A stretch of 25,605 nucleotides of DNA from Cyanobacteria bacterium P01_A01_bin.123 (lineage in GTDB: Bacteria; Cyanobacteriota; Cyanobacteriia; Phormidesmidales; Phormidesmidaceae): contig JBCBZT010000080.1 in NCBI GenBank assembly GCA_039815185.1, positions 1 to 25,605 of the forward strand, given 5' to 3'. Below the pieces are notes generated by a model that saw only the letters and a program-made list of their open reading frames with translations, ran no database searches and had not been told where the DNA came from. Below, piece by piece: positions 25,301 to 25,605 of the stretch. Made by a program: the position numbers and the translations under genes. Every line of letters begins with the position of its first letter. The first letter of the stretch is position 1.

Positions 25301-25605
25301 ACACCCCCCAGGCCGCGCAAGTGTTAGAAAAGGCCCTCGCCGCCGCAAAAACGATTGAGGACGACAGGTCTAAATCGGAGGCGTTGGGTGCTATTGTCGC
25401 CGCCGCTGTCGAGTTAAACGACGATGCCCATGCCGCGCAAGTGTTAGAAAAGGCCCTCGCCGCCGCTGAAACGATTGAGTCCGATGGGTCTAAATCGTCG
25501 GCGTTGAGAACAATTGCCGCCGCCGCTGTCGCTTTGAACGACACCCCCCAGGCCGCGCAAGTGTTAGAAAAGACCCTCGCCGCCGCTGAAACGATTGAGG
25601 ACGAC
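22321..25605 (+). CDS. Membrane-anchored STAND (nSTAND1-like) NTPase with C-terminal 40-aa helical (TPR-like) tandem repeats; 3'-partial, not in ORF track
   Basis: GTG start with GGGGAG RBS; frame +1 open for 1095 codons to the window end. IKGLRPF..ED, Walker A GESGCGKTS (22786-22812), Walker B LVLLLDQFEQFF, sensor ILVSIRSD, ISPVDLQ, FGGVEG, YELAHERL. Hydrophobic helices at approx. aa 26-41, 73-94 and 581-604. Confidence 0.92.
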   Translation, partial: MSIQKSVEEVLKFLRWIAELIVTKNWFALLGLLTISIYCLFTPPELNVLSILGGDRGGWLTRLFEQDGGLPSWYVPGFVLIELGLIVSALVIAVRSMPKPDGGKLADVAERKAIKGLRPFSSEDAAIFAKLQRTQSLRDCLESITSKTFRFGILMGESGCGKTSFLQAGLWPQLSKPDATHAGIYVRFSDQDPIYTIAKALAEQLELPLDWLIPSESAHTLVGNGRPAKTSRPDQQTASQPVGPALFLTLLTQVTDASDKPLVLLLDQFEQFFVHYKRAEQRQPFVQALAQWYRSADPLPVKILVSIRSDLMYQLDDLHQALGYALGPQEVVQLKKFTPAEAASILGVIAREEHLAFERKFVIDLADQELANREDGLISPVDLQILAWMIDRQTGSETRAFNRIAFQKFGGVEGLLQRFLERTLEARVTQGQRQSAVKVLLALTDLDRQARAGVLTVPMLEGKLKDTVKSEEVKEAVTWLARGDVRLITPQAQDREMGYELAHERLIPALMQQAGKELSAADKANQLLDRRVNEWLGNQRQSRYWFGLWELWQIERQLPYLVWGPKRRQKEQLLRFSRRRVYGIVSGLTLVAVIAAGVSGWWFYTPSGQMQQVRSQLFSHLENAGTFKSAHVALAYAKHGEWAKAQTILKAHVAKQDRDMSWFIREVAGFLPYADDRQQGLSQPLTALAETIEDDRYKSLALRAIVAAAVELNDDAQAAQVLEKSLAAAETIEDKGSKSLALGAIVAAYVELNDTPQAAQVLEKALAAAETIEDDWHKSRALGAIVAAYVELNDTPQAAQVLEKALAAAETIEDDWHKSLALRAIVAAYVELNDTPQAAQVLEKALAAAETIEDDGSKSWALRAIAAAAVASNDDTHAAKLLEKSLAAAETIEDDGSKSPALGAIAAAAVELNDTPQAAQVLEKALAAAKTIEYDRSKSEALSTIAAAAVASNDDAQAAQVLEKSLAAAETIEDDGSKSEALSAIAAAAVELNDTPQAAQVLEKALAAAKTIEDDRSKSEALGAIVAAAVELNDDAHAAQVLEKALAAAETIESDGSKSSALRTIAAAAVALNDTPQAAQVLEKTLAAAETIEDD
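24385..25605 (+). repeat. Coding 120-bp tandem repeat, 10 complete units plus a partial 11th
   Basis: Consensus AETIEDDxxKSxALxAI(V/A)AAAVELNDTPQAAQVLEKALAA; exact 120-bp period with no indels. Confidence 0.97.

Noticed and set aside
24336..25544. Minus-strand repeat ORFs (72 aa and 246 aa)
   Set aside because: Antisense shadows of the + strand STAND repeat gene.
24385..25605. CRISPR array or DGR variable region
   Set aside because: The repeats are in-frame, contiguous and coding. Variable codons are NGG/NNG/NGT rather than adenine-specific AAY-derived, and no RT or template repeat is in the window.

Overview
A cyanobacterial chromosomal window, judged from about 30 HIP1 GCGATCGC octamers, psb30 and cyanobacterial gene families. 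GC is roughly 50% by eye, which suggests a filamentous, probably non-heterocystous Leptolyngbya/Nodosilinea-type organism (inference). Left to right: the distal end of a tandem array of NsiR1-like sRNA genes with a DIF1 (TCCGGA-N18-GTA) promoter; a PD-(D/E)xK/HsdR_N-like gene; ureidoglycolate lyase; a class V aminotransferase; a NitT/TauT-type ABC importer divergent from an unusual soluble UrtA/AmiC-GAF-histidine kinase; an aldo/keto reductase; a hypothetical membrane protein; a GT9 glycosyltransferase; ispD; psb30 (missed by the ORF track); a YkgJ protein; two half-size UPF0016 Mn transporters preceded by a ManR-type box; a 1687-aa GAF/PAS-GGDEF-EAL protein; an MFS transporter; an SH3 lipoprotein; a truncated DUF4399 remnant; and short repeat tracts. 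The window ends in a >1095-codon ORF absent from the ORF track because it runs off the edge. It encodes a membrane-anchored NLR-like STAND NTPase with at least 10 near-identical 120-bp repeats whose variation is concentrated at a few codons. The strongest candidates for new biology are this variable-repeat receptor, the NsiR1/DIF1 array, the amide/urea-sensing kinase with its importer, and the ManR box at the hmx genes. All family calls come from recalled motifs, not from database searches.
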